The translations under genes and the position numbers were made by a program. A stretch of 64,000 bases of DNA from Candidatus Latescibacterota bacterium (GTDB taxonomy: Bacteria; Latescibacterota; CBDEFO01), in contig CBDEFO010000003.1 of NCBI GenBank assembly GCA_965237525.1, forward strand, positions 32,001-96,000. Reading direction: 5' to 3'. This document shows positions 41,162 to 50,575 of the stretch, piece after piece; within the stretch, counting starts at the first letter, position 1; each line of letters begins with the position of its first letter. The notes below the pieces were generated by a model. The model ran no database searches. It had not been told where the DNA came from and saw only the letters and a program-made list of their open reading frames with translations.

Positions 41162-42029
41162 CCCACAGGCGGGAATTGTGGTGCAGGGCATTACGGGCAG
41201 AGAGGCGAGGGGGATGGTGGAGGACTCGCTGGCCTACGGGAGCAGAATTGTGGCCGGTGTAACGCCCGGAAAGGGCGGACAGAGCGTTCATGGGGTGCCT
41301 GTGTACGATACGGTTGCGGAGGCCGTCGATCGGTGGCATCCGACCGTCAGCATCATCTCCGTGCCGGCTCCCGCCGTGCTGGACGCAGCATTAGAAACCC
41401 TCTCAGCTGGTATTCGGCTCTGTCTGATCATGACCGAACGGGTACCGCGCCTGGACACGAGCAGATTACTGGCAGCGGCAGGGGCAGCGGGCTGCAGAGT
41501 CATCGGCCCCAATACGCTTGGGCTCATCCGTCCGGACATCGTCAAACTGGGCACCATCGGAGGGCGCGTGGACAATGTGCGCCGTTCGTTCACTCCGGGT
41601 CGTGTAGCCATCCTCTCCCGCAGCGGGGGCATGACTACGGAGATCGCCAGCTACTTATCGAGTCGCGGCATCGGCCAGAGCATAGCGATCGGTGTGGGTG
41701 GGGACTCGATTGTCGGTTCCGATTTCAGAGATCTGATCGAACTGCTCGAAGACGATCCGCGCACGGACTCCGTCGTCATCTATGGGGAACCCGGCGGCTC
41801 CGCGGAGGAGGAGCTGGCAGAGCGGCTAAGGAAGAAGCCGAGTCGACTGCACATCATCGCATTTTTGTCCGGCCGTTTCGTGGATGATCTGGAAGGCATG
41901 CGGTTCGGACATGCTGCAGTGATTGTCGAAGGAGGACGCGGCTCCGTTCGAGGCAAGGCGAAGGCCCTGCGTGAGGCGGGAGTATTCGTAGCGGACACCT
42001 TTGAAGAACTCTGCGAAGCGCTTCGCTAA
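41151..42029 (+). CDS. Acyl-CoA synthetase alpha subunit (SucD-like)
   Basis: VQGITGR, AGVTPGKGG, IGPNTLG, SRSGGMT, GEPGG, RFGHAA (phospho-His). Confidence 0.9.
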   Translation: MLLDPQAGIVVQGITGREARGMVEDSLAYGSRIVAGVTPGKGGQSVHGVPVYDTVAEAVDRWHPTVSIISVPAPAVLDAALETLSAGIRLCLIMTERVPRLDTSRLLAAAGAAGCRVIGPNTLGLIRPDIVKLGTIGGRVDNVRRSFTPGRVAILSRSGGMTTEIASYLSSRGIGQSIAIGVGGDSIVGSDFRDLIELLEDDPRTDSVVIYGEPGGSAEEELAERLRKKPSRLHIIAFLSGRFVDDLEGMRFGHAAVIVEGGRGSVRGKAKALREAGVFVADTFEELCEALR

Positions 42030-42447
42030 GAACTAAGACGATGAAACGTAATTCCGCGCTGGGAGATTCCTGCCAGGCTCGAACTCAGACGTAAAGATAC
42101 GACGTTTTGTCAAGATGGCACCCGCTTTATCCGGGCCCTTTTTGAACGCTTATGTGACTATGGAACTTGTCCCCGATTGAAGCCCCAATAGATTCAATTG
42201 GGGGTCGGGGAAACCCAGAGCCTTCAGCCGAGAGCGAAGCAAAGTGCTGCGCAGGGTCCGCCAAGTGATCTCGTAGACAGTGCGGTTTCCCATGGTAAGC
42301 TGACTACCCTCTATGATCTTGTCAAAACTATTTTGAACCGATACTTAATCCACGGGATCCCGTGTGTAGATCAGAATACGGAGAGAAAATGTGCAGGAAG
42401 ACCTGAATATGAATAGAAATAGAGGAAGGATAATCTGGGCAGAGCTC

Positions 42448-43035
42448 CTACCAGTAAATATAGCGGGTCAGTTTCCGTAAATCCTCTCGAGGAAGTTTTT
42501 CAAGATCGGGAATTACGTAGCGATTATCGAGGACATCCAGAAGAATCTTGCCTTTATCGCCGTGATCTTGAGTCTTATTGTGCTGCCAGAGCATCTCAAA
42601 CTGTCTTCTGCCACTTTCGTGGCTTGTTTGCTCCCCATCAAAGCGGCCGCGCCGCCCCTGCTGTGTCTCCGCATCGAAAAAGAGGAGTCCATATTTCCAT
42701 TCTACGTTGTAAATCTTTGTTATTTCATACTCAAAGTAGTGACGCGATAAGGACTCAAGGAGGAGTTCCTCAGCCTCCCTTGAAAAGGGTTTAGGGTCTA
42801 TTATAACCCCTATCTCATTTTCTTTATTGTTCTCGTCGTGATAACGCAGAGAAATATAACGATCAGGAGAGGACACGGGAAAGGCCAAGACAGCAAAGAC
42901 CCCTCTGTAGAGTTCTCCCTGACCATCCTCATCCTTGACGTGGGTGTGAAGAAGACTGAAGATGCCCTTGAAAATTTCGCAGTTTTCGGGGGTTAGTATG
43001 TACACCCCCGTCCTCGGTCGGTGGCTTTCTATCAT
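42448..43035 (-). CDS. DUF1854-like protein
   Basis: AFPVSSPDRYISL..EIGVI..EITKI..DNRYVIPD; located downstream of the associated ABC transporter. Confidence 0.7.
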   Translation of the reverse strand: MIESHRPRTGVYILTPENCEIFKGIFSLLHTHVKDEDGQGELYRGVFAVLAFPVSSPDRYISLRYHDENNKENEIGVIIDPKPFSREAEELLLESLSRHYFEYEITKIYNVEWKYGLLFFDAETQQGRRGRFDGEQTSHESGRRQFEMLWQHNKTQDHGDKGKILLDVLDNRYVIPDLEKLPREDLRKLTRYIYW

Positions 43036-43061
43036 CTCCCTTTTTCTCCGATTCTTTGGTC

Positions 43062-45293
43062 TTAATCAGATTCAATAGCCGCAAGCTCAGTCTGGATTCG
43101 AACCAATCTACTGTAGATGCCCTCCTTTGCCATAAGTTCATCGTGATTGCCGTGTTCGGCTAATGTCCCGTCGTCTATGACGTAGATACGATCGGCACCT
43201 CTTAAAGTGGAGAGTCTGTGAGCAATAGCTATGGTCGTACGACCTTTGGAAAGGACCGCTAAAGCCTCCTGTATCTGTCGCTCCGACTCTGTATCCACGC
43301 TGGAGGTGGCTTCGTCCAGAATAAGGATGGCGGGATCGCAGAGAAGGGCGCGAGCGATTGAAACGCGCTGACGCTCTCCCCCTGAAAGCCCCGATCCTCT
43401 TTCCCCCAACATAGTGTCGTATCCGGATGGGAGACGCATAATAAAGTCGTGGGCGTTGGCGGCTTTGGCAGCGTTTATTATCTCCTCCGGAGTTGCGCCC
43501 GGCTTGCTGTAGGCGATGTTTTCCGCCACGCTTGCCCGGATCAGAAAAGGCTCCTGGAGCACAAGCCCAACGTGGCTTCTGAGGTCATGACTTGATACGT
43601 CTCTTACATCCTTGCCGTCTATGCGCACGGAGCCCTCCTGCACATCGTAAAATCTGCACAAAAGGTTTATGAGCGTAGTCTTGCCGCTTCCGCTCTTGCC
43701 CACTATTCCTATCATCGCTCCTGACTCTATGGAGATGGAGACACCTTTTATAACGGGACTGTAGGGATCGTATCCGAAGACGACGTCGTCAAATTCTATG
43801 TCGCCTTTGACCTCCGGCATAGGTTCGGCATCTGGATCGTCTTTGATTCCTGGTTCTGTATCTAATATCTCAAAGATGCGCTGGCTTGAAGTCATAAAGG
43901 ACGTCAGCCAGTTGGAAAAGAACGTAAGTCTGGATAGGGGACTGTAGAACATCCCTATGTAACCTAAAAACGCCATCAGGGTCCCCAGCGTTATCTTATC
44001 CCCGAGGACGTCTTTTCCGCCGACGTACCATACGATGAGTCCACCGAGACTGAATACAAAAGCCATCATAGGGTAGAACGTCCCACTGCTCATTTCCACT
44101 TTACGGCTGCTATCCCTCAGATAGCCGATTCTATTTAGAAAGCGACTCTTTTCCCTGTCTTCCTGGGCAAACGCCTTGACCAGACGGATCCCGGAGAGGA
44201 CGCCGTACAGCATCGAGGAAAACTTAGACCGGCTGTCCCTGATCTTGAATTGTTTGGGATAGATGTATCGCCAGAAGACTACCGTCCCAAGTATGACGAA
44301 CGGGATGGGGATCAATATGTAGAAAGCAAGGCTCGCATTGAGATGAAAGAGCATCCCTCCTATGGCAAAGATAAGGATTATATTGACGAGGAACCCCTGA
44401 GTTGCTTGATCTATAAATCCCCGCAGTTCCTCTACATCCTGACTTACGCGGCTCATTAAGTCTCCCGCCTGCATCTTGTCGTAGTAGTCCACGGACATCC
44501 TCTGGAGCTTGTCAAAAAGCTGTCTCCTGACATCGTATGCAATCTGCGTCCCCACCTTGCTCGAAAGGCGGTTTATGAGGATATTTACAGAGTTTCTGAA
44601 AACATGCGCCCCGGCCAGCGCCGCCACTATGAGCAGTAGCCACTCCGTGTGAGTCTGCTCTGTCAGAACGTCATCTACCAGTATCTTCGTCAAATATGGA
44701 GGGAGCATATCCATACCGACTCCTGCAAACACCAACAGGAAAAGGACAATTGCCCACATCAGGTGTCCCCGCATCATCTTTATGATCCTGAACAGAACCG
44801 CTCCCTGCTTTATGCATTTCGGACAGGGAGCGTTAGGATCGGGAAGCGTTAAGCCACATTCGGGACAGACATTTGGATCGGGTGCAAGCAGAGCCTCCTT
44901 TTGAATATCCCTGTTATCTTTGAGACGTTTAAGCTGTGAAAGGACCCTACCGAATCGCTCCCGATAGCCGTTGGAGAAGCGAACCAGATCCAGGTGAAGG
45001 CCGTCCACTGAAGTCTGAAGGCAGGTACTCCCCACAGTGCTTCGAAGTTTAAAGTTCTCTGTCTCTTTGAACTTGAAGGGTCCGACTATGGGAACTTCTG
45101 GGGATTCTGCTATAGCGGCCACGTGTTCCGAGGTAGCCACAAGCCAGACGCAGGTCATCTGGCCGTGCTGGCTGAGGTCTCCCTCTGCGGCGATAAGGAT
45201 GTCGTCCTCTTTAATCTGGGCTTGGTCGAGGCGCTTCCGGATGGCCTTGGGGATTCCATCTTGAGAAGAGAGGACTATAAGATCGTTGTTCAT
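43062..45293 (-). CDS. ABC transporter, fused permease/ATP-binding protein with N-terminal CxxC..CxxC extension
   Basis: Walker A GKSGSGKT, LSGGERQR, ILILDEATS; six TM segments. Confidence 0.93.
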   Translation of the reverse strand: MNNDLIVLSSQDGIPKAIRKRLDQAQIKEDDILIAAEGDLSQHGQMTCVWLVATSEHVAAIAESPEVPIVGPFKFKETENFKLRSTVGSTCLQTSVDGLHLDLVRFSNGYRERFGRVLSQLKRLKDNRDIQKEALLAPDPNVCPECGLTLPDPNAPCPKCIKQGAVLFRIIKMMRGHLMWAIVLFLLVFAGVGMDMLPPYLTKILVDDVLTEQTHTEWLLLIVAALAGAHVFRNSVNILINRLSSKVGTQIAYDVRRQLFDKLQRMSVDYYDKMQAGDLMSRVSQDVEELRGFIDQATQGFLVNIILIFAIGGMLFHLNASLAFYILIPIPFVILGTVVFWRYIYPKQFKIRDSRSKFSSMLYGVLSGIRLVKAFAQEDREKSRFLNRIGYLRDSSRKVEMSSGTFYPMMAFVFSLGGLIVWYVGGKDVLGDKITLGTLMAFLGYIGMFYSPLSRLTFFSNWLTSFMTSSQRIFEILDTEPGIKDDPDAEPMPEVKGDIEFDDVVFGYDPYSPVIKGVSISIESGAMIGIVGKSGSGKTTLINLLCRFYDVQEGSVRIDGKDVRDVSSHDLRSHVGLVLQEPFLIRASVAENIAYSKPGATPEEIINAAKAANAHDFIMRLPSGYDTMLGERGSGLSGGERQRVSIARALLCDPAILILDEATSSVDTESERQIQEALAVLSKGRTTIAIAHRLSTLRGADRIYVIDDGTLAEHGNHDELMAKEGIYSRLVRIQTELAAIESD

Positions 45294-45558
45294 TTTTTTA
45301 TTCTTGTCCCTATTAAAAAACAGTTTCGCACATAACCCGTCGGGGAACTCCCAATGTAGGATAGTTCCCTACTTTGTGCCGAAACTGTCAAATTAACGCA
45401 AACAAAACAATATGTTGGTGAATTTCTAGCCGACAATTAATATGAAAATTAAGCAAAAGTCGTCTCTTCGTCAAGCTGAAAGTGCAGATAGACTTAAAAT
45501 TGGTAATACAGAACACAGACAGTTCAAACTTTAGATCTCAATACCAGCAGTCGCATTA

Positions 45559-45775
45559 TTACTGAAAATGAACGATCTTTGAGAATGACTCGGGGTCAAG
45601 TGAGGCTCCTCCTAACAGCCCGCCGTCTATATTATCCTTCTCCATCAAGTCCGATATATTATCAGGTTTGACAGAGCCGCCGTATATTATTCTCACGGAG
45701 TCGGATGTACAGCTATCGTACATGTCCAAGCAATACCTTATGCAGGAGTGCACCTCCTCGGCCTGTTGGGGCATC
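45559..45775 (-). pseudogene. tpiA: Duplicated 3' fragment of tpiA
   Basis: PQQAEEVHS...[11 protein letters not shown]...[17 protein letters not shown]; a diverged copy of about 48946-49165. Confidence 0.9.
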
Positions 45776-46218
45776 GCTCCCCTGTTATAATCCATCAGGG
45801 ATTCAAAGAGAATTTTCAGTAGGTGGAAAGCTTCGGCCGTTAGGTCGGAGCTTTTACATTTGGTGTTACCTATATGCTCCACCACATAAAATGCTAACTG
45901 ACAGCCGACTGGGAGACGAAATTGTTACTTGCTGCCTTGGAAAAGCTTCCGCTTTCGACAAGATCACAGAAGATCTTCAGACTCTCTGGAAGCATCTTTA
46001 GGTGCGAATTCCAATATGAAATGTACAGTGCCGTCATATTTTCATAATGAAATATTTCTATTGCATTGCGCATCTACAAGCGCGGTATAACTCGATATTC
46101 AGGCGATCACTATAAGTAAACTAAAAGGCTGTAACTCTATGTTATTACACTATTTACTCTGACGAGATATGAGGACTTTAATATGACCTTTTACGATTAG
46201 AGGTTGCTGTTCAACTGT

Positions 46219-46234
46219 TGGCACAAATGTTGCA
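46219..46234 (+). promoter_or_regulatory. Sigma54 (RpoN) -24/-12 promoter
   Basis: TGGCAC-AAATG-TTGCA, an exact consensus match about 16 nt upstream of the first repeat unit. Confidence 0.75.
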
Positions 46235-46305
46235 CTAATACTATTATGAACGGCACGAAACACAGACAATTCAAACTTTAAATCATATAAGGGAGGTGAA
46301 AGACC

Positions 46306-46401
46306 GTGAAATTACTAATGCTGATAGAAGGTATAAGTCTGATTGTGGCAGTAGCAGCGTTTGAGATGTATGCCTACAACAGCCTCGCTGCCCTGTTCTA
46401 A
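46306..46401 (+). CDS. 31-aa hydrophobic peptide, copy 1 (MKLLMLIEGISLIVAVAAFEMYAYNSLAALF)
   Basis: Strong RBS GGAGGTG, GTG start, TAA stop; ORF conserved in all repeat units. Confidence 0.7.
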   Translation: MKLLMLIEGISLIVAVAAFEMYAYNSLAALF

Positions 46402-46491
46402 CCCATCAGGGTTGTAGATTGCTGAAATATTATTGAGCGGCACGAAACACAGACAATTCAACTTTAAATCATATAAGAGAGGTGAAAGACC

Positions 46492-46587
46492 GTGAAATTA
46501 CTAATGCTGATAGAAGGTATAAGTCTGATTGTGGCAGTAGCAGCGTTTGAGATGTATGCCTACAACAGCCTCGCTGCCCTGTTCTAA
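46492..46587 (+). CDS. 31-aa hydrophobic peptide, copy 2
   Basis: Identical ORF; RBS AGAGGTG. Confidence 0.7.
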   Translation: MKLLMLIEGISLIVAVAAFEMYAYNSLAALF

Positions 46588-46677
46588 CCCATCAGGGTTG
46601 TAGATTGCTGAAATATTATTGAGCGGCACGAAACACAGACAATTCAACTTTAAATCATATAAGGGAGGTGAAAGACC

Positions 46678-46773
46678 GTGAAATTACTAATGCTGATAGA
46701 AGGTATAAGTCTGATTGTGGCAGTAGCAGCGTTTGAGATGTATGCCTACAACAGCCTCGCTGCCCTGTTCTAA
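46678..46773 (+). CDS. 31-aa hydrophobic peptide, copy 3
   Basis: Identical ORF; RBS GGAGGTG. Confidence 0.7.
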   Translation: MKLLMLIEGISLIVAVAAFEMYAYNSLAALF

Positions 46774-46884
46774 CCGATCAGGGTTGTAGATTGCCCAATA
46801 TTATTGAGCGGCACGAAACACAGACAATTCAACTTTAAATCGTATAAGAGAGGTGAAAGACTGTGACAACTGTGACATTACTAA

Positions 46885-48403
46885 AAGCCTTGTGAAATAG
46901 TTATGTCCCAGGCAGCGTCTGAAGCGCCGATTATGGGTCAAAGAGTAGCATATCGTATCGTTTTGCTGTGGAATAAGCAAAATAGTCTTATCAGAGTTCT
47001 GGTCAGCAAGGAACAGGAGCTGTTTGAAGAACAGGATGCACTGTCTTTGACAGACAGGGCACACATAGACGCTTTCCCCCTTCTTATGAAAGATACAAGC
47101 CTCTTGAGATTCTGTACTGTTGCAACAAGATTCAACTGTTCATTCAGTGAGGCTGGTCCTCTATAACGGGCTCGTCCCATACCGTGTTGTTGCCTGGCTT
47201 CAGCAAAGATATGTTCACTGCGTTTACGGAGTCTCCGGGAGAGTTTGTAGTCAGCTGTTAATGAGATAGACCGTGCATGATTTCTGGCTTTCGCCTCTCG
47301 CACTTTTCTATCCCGTTCGGCCTGAATATGTGCTGAATTTGTCTTGTTTTTCCATGTAGGAATCGGTTCAATCTTCTCATCGGCTCGCAGAGGAATATGG
47401 GGTATGATTCCCCGGTCAAGTACATCAGCGATAAAATTACCAGAACCGTAACCGGTATCGGCACTAAGTGTCTGAATGTCTTTGGGCATGGTGTATGTTT
47501 CAAGGTCATCTACCATCTTAAGGGCACTTTCGGGCTCTGCTGTCCCTGTCGCCTGCGTGCCCTGAGTCTCAAGGATTACTCTGCTTTTTGTGTCGATCAG
47601 ATCATGGCCCATAAACGAGAGAAAAGCCCCTTTGCCCTTCGATTTGCTGTATAAGCGCGCGTCGGGGTCTGTAGTCGAACGGTGTGTTTGGTTCGTCCAC
47701 TTTTCACCATGAAAGTCTTTATCCTGAGGATGCCCGGACCTACCCTTTGTCTTATCACCTTCAAAACCGATTCCCTTGAGATAATCATCAAGAGAAACAG
47801 GGGGTTCTATCGGCTCAATACTTTTCACTGAAGCATCAGCTTGTATCTGAGTGCCGTCGACACTAAGGTGTTTACCGCTCACAAGACCGACATCTATGCA
47901 ACACTGGACTACCTGACGCATTATCCGTTCAAACAACCCACTGGATGCCCACTTGTGATTGCGAAGCTTGTTGATCGTGCTCCTATCCGGAACCGCATCA
48001 TCAAATGTCTGATGACAAAACAACCGATATGCCGCATGCATCCCCACTTCCTGACAGAGCCGATTCTCACTCAAATTATACAGATAGCCAATAAGGATCA
48101 TTCGAACAACTAATTCAGGATCAATACCGGGTCTGCCATTGTCAGGGCAATAACAATCTGATACAACGTCTCGTACAAATGAAAAATCAACTGCCTCATC
48201 AATCTGACGAAGGATATGATCCTCGGGAACTAAATCCTCCATCTGAAAATAGTGAAACATCGGATTTGTCTGTTCCTGCTTTTGTGGGGTCATTGTTTCC
48301 TCCATGTATAATATTATCAATAACATAATATAATACATCGGAGCTGCTTTATCAATGCTTGTTCTATACTACTTTCTGAATCTAAGGGTTTTTCACAAGG
48401 CTT
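46885..48403 (-). mobile_element. IS1182-like insertion sequence, copy B (1519 bp)
   Basis: Same TIRs; CTAA duplicated; the empty target (ATTA-CTAA-TGCTG) is visible in the neighbouring repeat units. Confidence 0.95.
46938..48293 (-). CDS. IS1182-family DDE transposase
   Basis: LVPEDHILR, GRPGIDP, VPDRSTI, VDGTQIQADAS, STTDPDAR, ADTGY, RSEHIFAEAR; start MTPQ after GGAGG. Confidence 0.9.
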   Translation of the reverse strand: MTPQKQEQTNPMFHYFQMEDLVPEDHILRQIDEAVDFSFVRDVVSDCYCPDNGRPGIDPELVVRMILIGYLYNLSENRLCQEVGMHAAYRLFCHQTFDDAVPDRSTINKLRNHKWASSGLFERIMRQVVQCCIDVGLVSGKHLSVDGTQIQADASVKSIEPIEPPVSLDDYLKGIGFEGDKTKGRSGHPQDKDFHGEKWTNQTHRSTTDPDARLYSKSKGKGAFLSFMGHDLIDTKSRVILETQGTQATGTAEPESALKMVDDLETYTMPKDIQTLSADTGYGSGNFIADVLDRGIIPHIPLRADEKIEPIPTWKNKTNSAHIQAERDRKVREAKARNHARSISLTADYKLSRRLRKRSEHIFAEARQQHGMGRARYRGPASLNEQLNLVATVQNLKRLVSFIRRGKASMCALSVKDSASCSSNSSCSLLTRTLIRLFCLFHSKTIRYATL

Positions 48404-48523
48404 CTAATGCTGATAGAAGGTATAAGTCTGATTGTGTGTACATCGTGTATGGTGTATGTCAACAGCAACATCGTTGCCCTGTTTTAATCCCTCAGGGATT
48501 CAAAGAGGATTTTCAGTAGGTGG

Positions 48524-48552
48524 AAAGCTTCGGCCTTTAGGTCGGAGTTTTT
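48524..48552 (+). terminator. Rho-independent terminator-like hairpin closing the peptide array
   Basis: AAAGCTTCGGCC-TTTA-GGTCGGAGTTTTT; a second copy lies at about 45827-45855. Confidence 0.6.
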
Positions 48553-48566
48553 ACATTTGGTGTTAC

Positions 48567-48931
48567 CTATATACTCCACCACAGAAAATATGGATAATCA
48601 ACAATTAGATTGTAAATGAAGCCTACCACTATTCCCAGTATCACAAAAGCCGCTACTCCCGATATGAATCCTGCGGGCTTTCCGAATCTGTTGGTGACCT
48701 TAGATACAATTTTTATCTGTCCAAGAATACTACCACTCCCGGAAGAAAGAGAAAAACCCGTTCAGAGGCTGTACACCACGGACAATTCGGTGTCTGAGGA
48801 TGGTTGATATTACAGCAAGACACTGCCCCTGACCAGAGCCAGGTGCATCCGCACCTGAAGATAAACACGCACAACGGAGTAATAAAGACTAAAGTGAAGA
48901 CACCCCAGAATAACTTTTCTATAACTGTCAT
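48567..48931 (-). CDS. Small Cys-rich membrane protein, apparently frameshifted near 48720
   Basis: CxxIFRCGCTW...CCN...CPWC; the alternative frame continues with a TM segment ending DYPYFLWWSI*; directly downstream of tpiA. Confidence 0.5.
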
Positions 48932-48945
48932 CCGCGCAGGTCGCC

Positions 48946-49707
48946 TTATTGCTGAAAATGAACGATCTTTGAGAAAGATTCGGGGTCGAGTGAGGCTCCG
49001 CCTATCAGCCCGCCGTCTATATTATCCTCCTCCATCAAGTCCGATATATTATCAGGCTTGACGCTCCCTCCGTAGATTATTCTCACTGCGTCGGCTGTCT
49101 CGCTGTCGTACATGTCCAAAAGCAAGTACCTTATGTAGGAGTGCACCTCCTCGGCCTGTTGGGGCGTCGCTGTCTTGCCCGTTCCGATAGCCCAGACCGG
49201 CTCGTAGGCTATCGCAAGCTTTTTGACCTCATCAGAGGAGATCCCTGCCAACCCGTTCGATATGTGATCCCTCACCACATCGAACGTTTTTCCTTCTTCT
49301 CTCTCCTCCAACTTTTCGCCGATGCACATAACAGGGGTCAGGTTATGTCTCAATATAGCCATAACCTTCTTATTGACCTCATCATTGCTTTCTTTGAAAT
49401 ATTGTCTCCTCTCGCTGTGACCCGCTATCACATAGCTACATCCAATATCTTCAAGCATAGACGGTGACACTTCTCCTGTGAAGGCTCCTTCGTCCTCCCA
49501 GAACAGGTCCTGGGCTCCTAAACCGATGTTTGATCCCTTTATTACCTTGCCTACCGCATCCAAAGCCGTAAAGGGGGGGGCAATGAAAACCTCTGCATTG
49601 TCACTTACATCCTTCACTAAGTCCACGATCTTTTTTGATGTCTCTACTGCCTCTCCCACAACCTTATTCATCTTCCAGTTCCCGCCTATTACGGGGATCC
49701 TTGACAT
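48946..49707 (-). CDS. tpiA: Triosephosphate isomerase
   Basis: GNWKMN, GHSERR, AYEPVWAIGTG, YGGSV, GGASL. Confidence 0.98.
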   Translation of the reverse strand: MSRIPVIGGNWKMNKVVGEAVETSKKIVDLVKDVSDNAEVFIAPPFTALDAVGKVIKGSNIGLGAQDLFWEDEGAFTGEVSPSMLEDIGCSYVIAGHSERRQYFKESNDEVNKKVMAILRHNLTPVMCIGEKLEEREEGKTFDVVRDHISNGLAGISSDEVKKLAIAYEPVWAIGTGKTATPQQAEEVHSYIRYLLLDMYDSETADAVRIIYGGSVKPDNISDLMEEDNIDGGLIGGASLDPESFSKIVHFQQ

Positions 49708-49873
49708 GCCTTTTCTCCTCAAATTTTCCCTTTATCTGGAGTTAGATCGCTGAGTCTGCATCCTCACAGCGCCGCATCTTCGACATATCCACTTTCTACG
49801 CTTGTGGAAGCTGCGCTTTTGCTCCGTCATCTTATATCCGCATCTTTTGCAGTACAATCTTTCGCACCTCGAT

Positions 49874-50569
49874 TTAGGAACGTTCAGGGGCGGGTAAAGG
49901 AGCCTTGTGGAGCAACTGATACTTGCGAATATCCAAAAACCAGTAACCGTCTATTAGAACTTTCTGGAATTCACAAATGTCTATTCTCTCTCTGAACAGC
50001 GGTCCGTCGGTCACGAACGTATGATATTCGCCGTTTTCTCCACAGGCATCGATATCTTTGTATTCTTTTATGTCTTCAAGGAATGCTTTGTCCAGTCTGC
50101 GTCCGATCCACTCTTTTCCGAGGAGATTAGCTTGAGCGCTGACGACAATCGCTTCAAAGCCTGAGTCTATAAAGTCTAAAAGAATTTCATCAGGACTCAG
50201 GCCCCAGAGGGGTTCGATAGCGCCAACGCCGAGTTCTCCACAGATTTTCTTGGCCCACTGTAGGCAGTGCTGCAGGTGGATGTCGCCAAAGACCACGCCA
50301 TCTATACCTTCGGGGATGACGCTTCCAAGGGTCTCCTTAAACTCTGCTTCATAGCCACAAGCGGTGGTTTCTCTTTGCAAGAGAGGAATGCCGATTGCTC
50401 CTGCCTGTTTCTGGATAAGTATGTCCTGTGTACCGTGAAATCGCACTCGCCGAAATTCTTGGGAGATCGTATTTACAAGATAGGAAACCTTGCAGCCCTT
50501 GAGCATCGCTTTATAGCAGGCTAAACAGCTGTCTTTCCCACCGCTCCACGATGCAATGACTTTGCTCAT
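49874..50569 (-). CDS. Diphthine-ammonia ligase-like PP-loop ATP-binding protein
   Basis: SWSGGKDS, VFGDI, EPLW, CGENGEYHTFVTDGPLF. Confidence 0.9.
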   Translation of the reverse strand: MSKVIASWSGGKDSCLACYKAMLKGCKVSYLVNTISQEFRRVRFHGTQDILIQKQAGAIGIPLLQRETTACGYEAEFKETLGSVIPEGIDGVVFGDIHLQHCLQWAKKICGELGVGAIEPLWGLSPDEILLDFIDSGFEAIVVSAQANLLGKEWIGRRLDKAFLEDIKEYKDIDACGENGEYHTFVTDGPLFRERIDICEFQKVLIDGYWFLDIRKYQLLHKAPLPAPERS

Positions 50570-50575
50570 AAGTCG

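Larger units (their letters stand above)
46251..46884 (+). repeat. Tandem 185-187 bp direct repeats (3 complete, plus a 4th interrupted by IS that resumes at 48404)
   Basis: Units begin CGGCACGAAACACAGACAATTC at 46251, 46438, 46624 and 46809. Confidence 0.95.
46863..48487 (+). pseudogene. Divergent 4th peptide gene interrupted by IS copy B
   Basis: Removing the IS and one CTAA restores (MTT)VTLLMLIEGISLIVCTSCMVYVNSNIVALF*. Confidence 0.7.

Noticed and set aside
42448..45293. Cyanophycin locus
   Set aside because: The DUF1854/ABC pair can neighbour cphA in some bacteria, but no synthetase is present here.
45559..45885. Functional second tpiA (108 aa)
   Set aside because: Chimeric ORF: only the last approx. 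70 codons are tpiA-derived and the catalytic residues are absent.
46251..46884. CRISPR array
   Set aside because: Units are about 186 bp and identical throughout, with no unique spacers and no cas genes.
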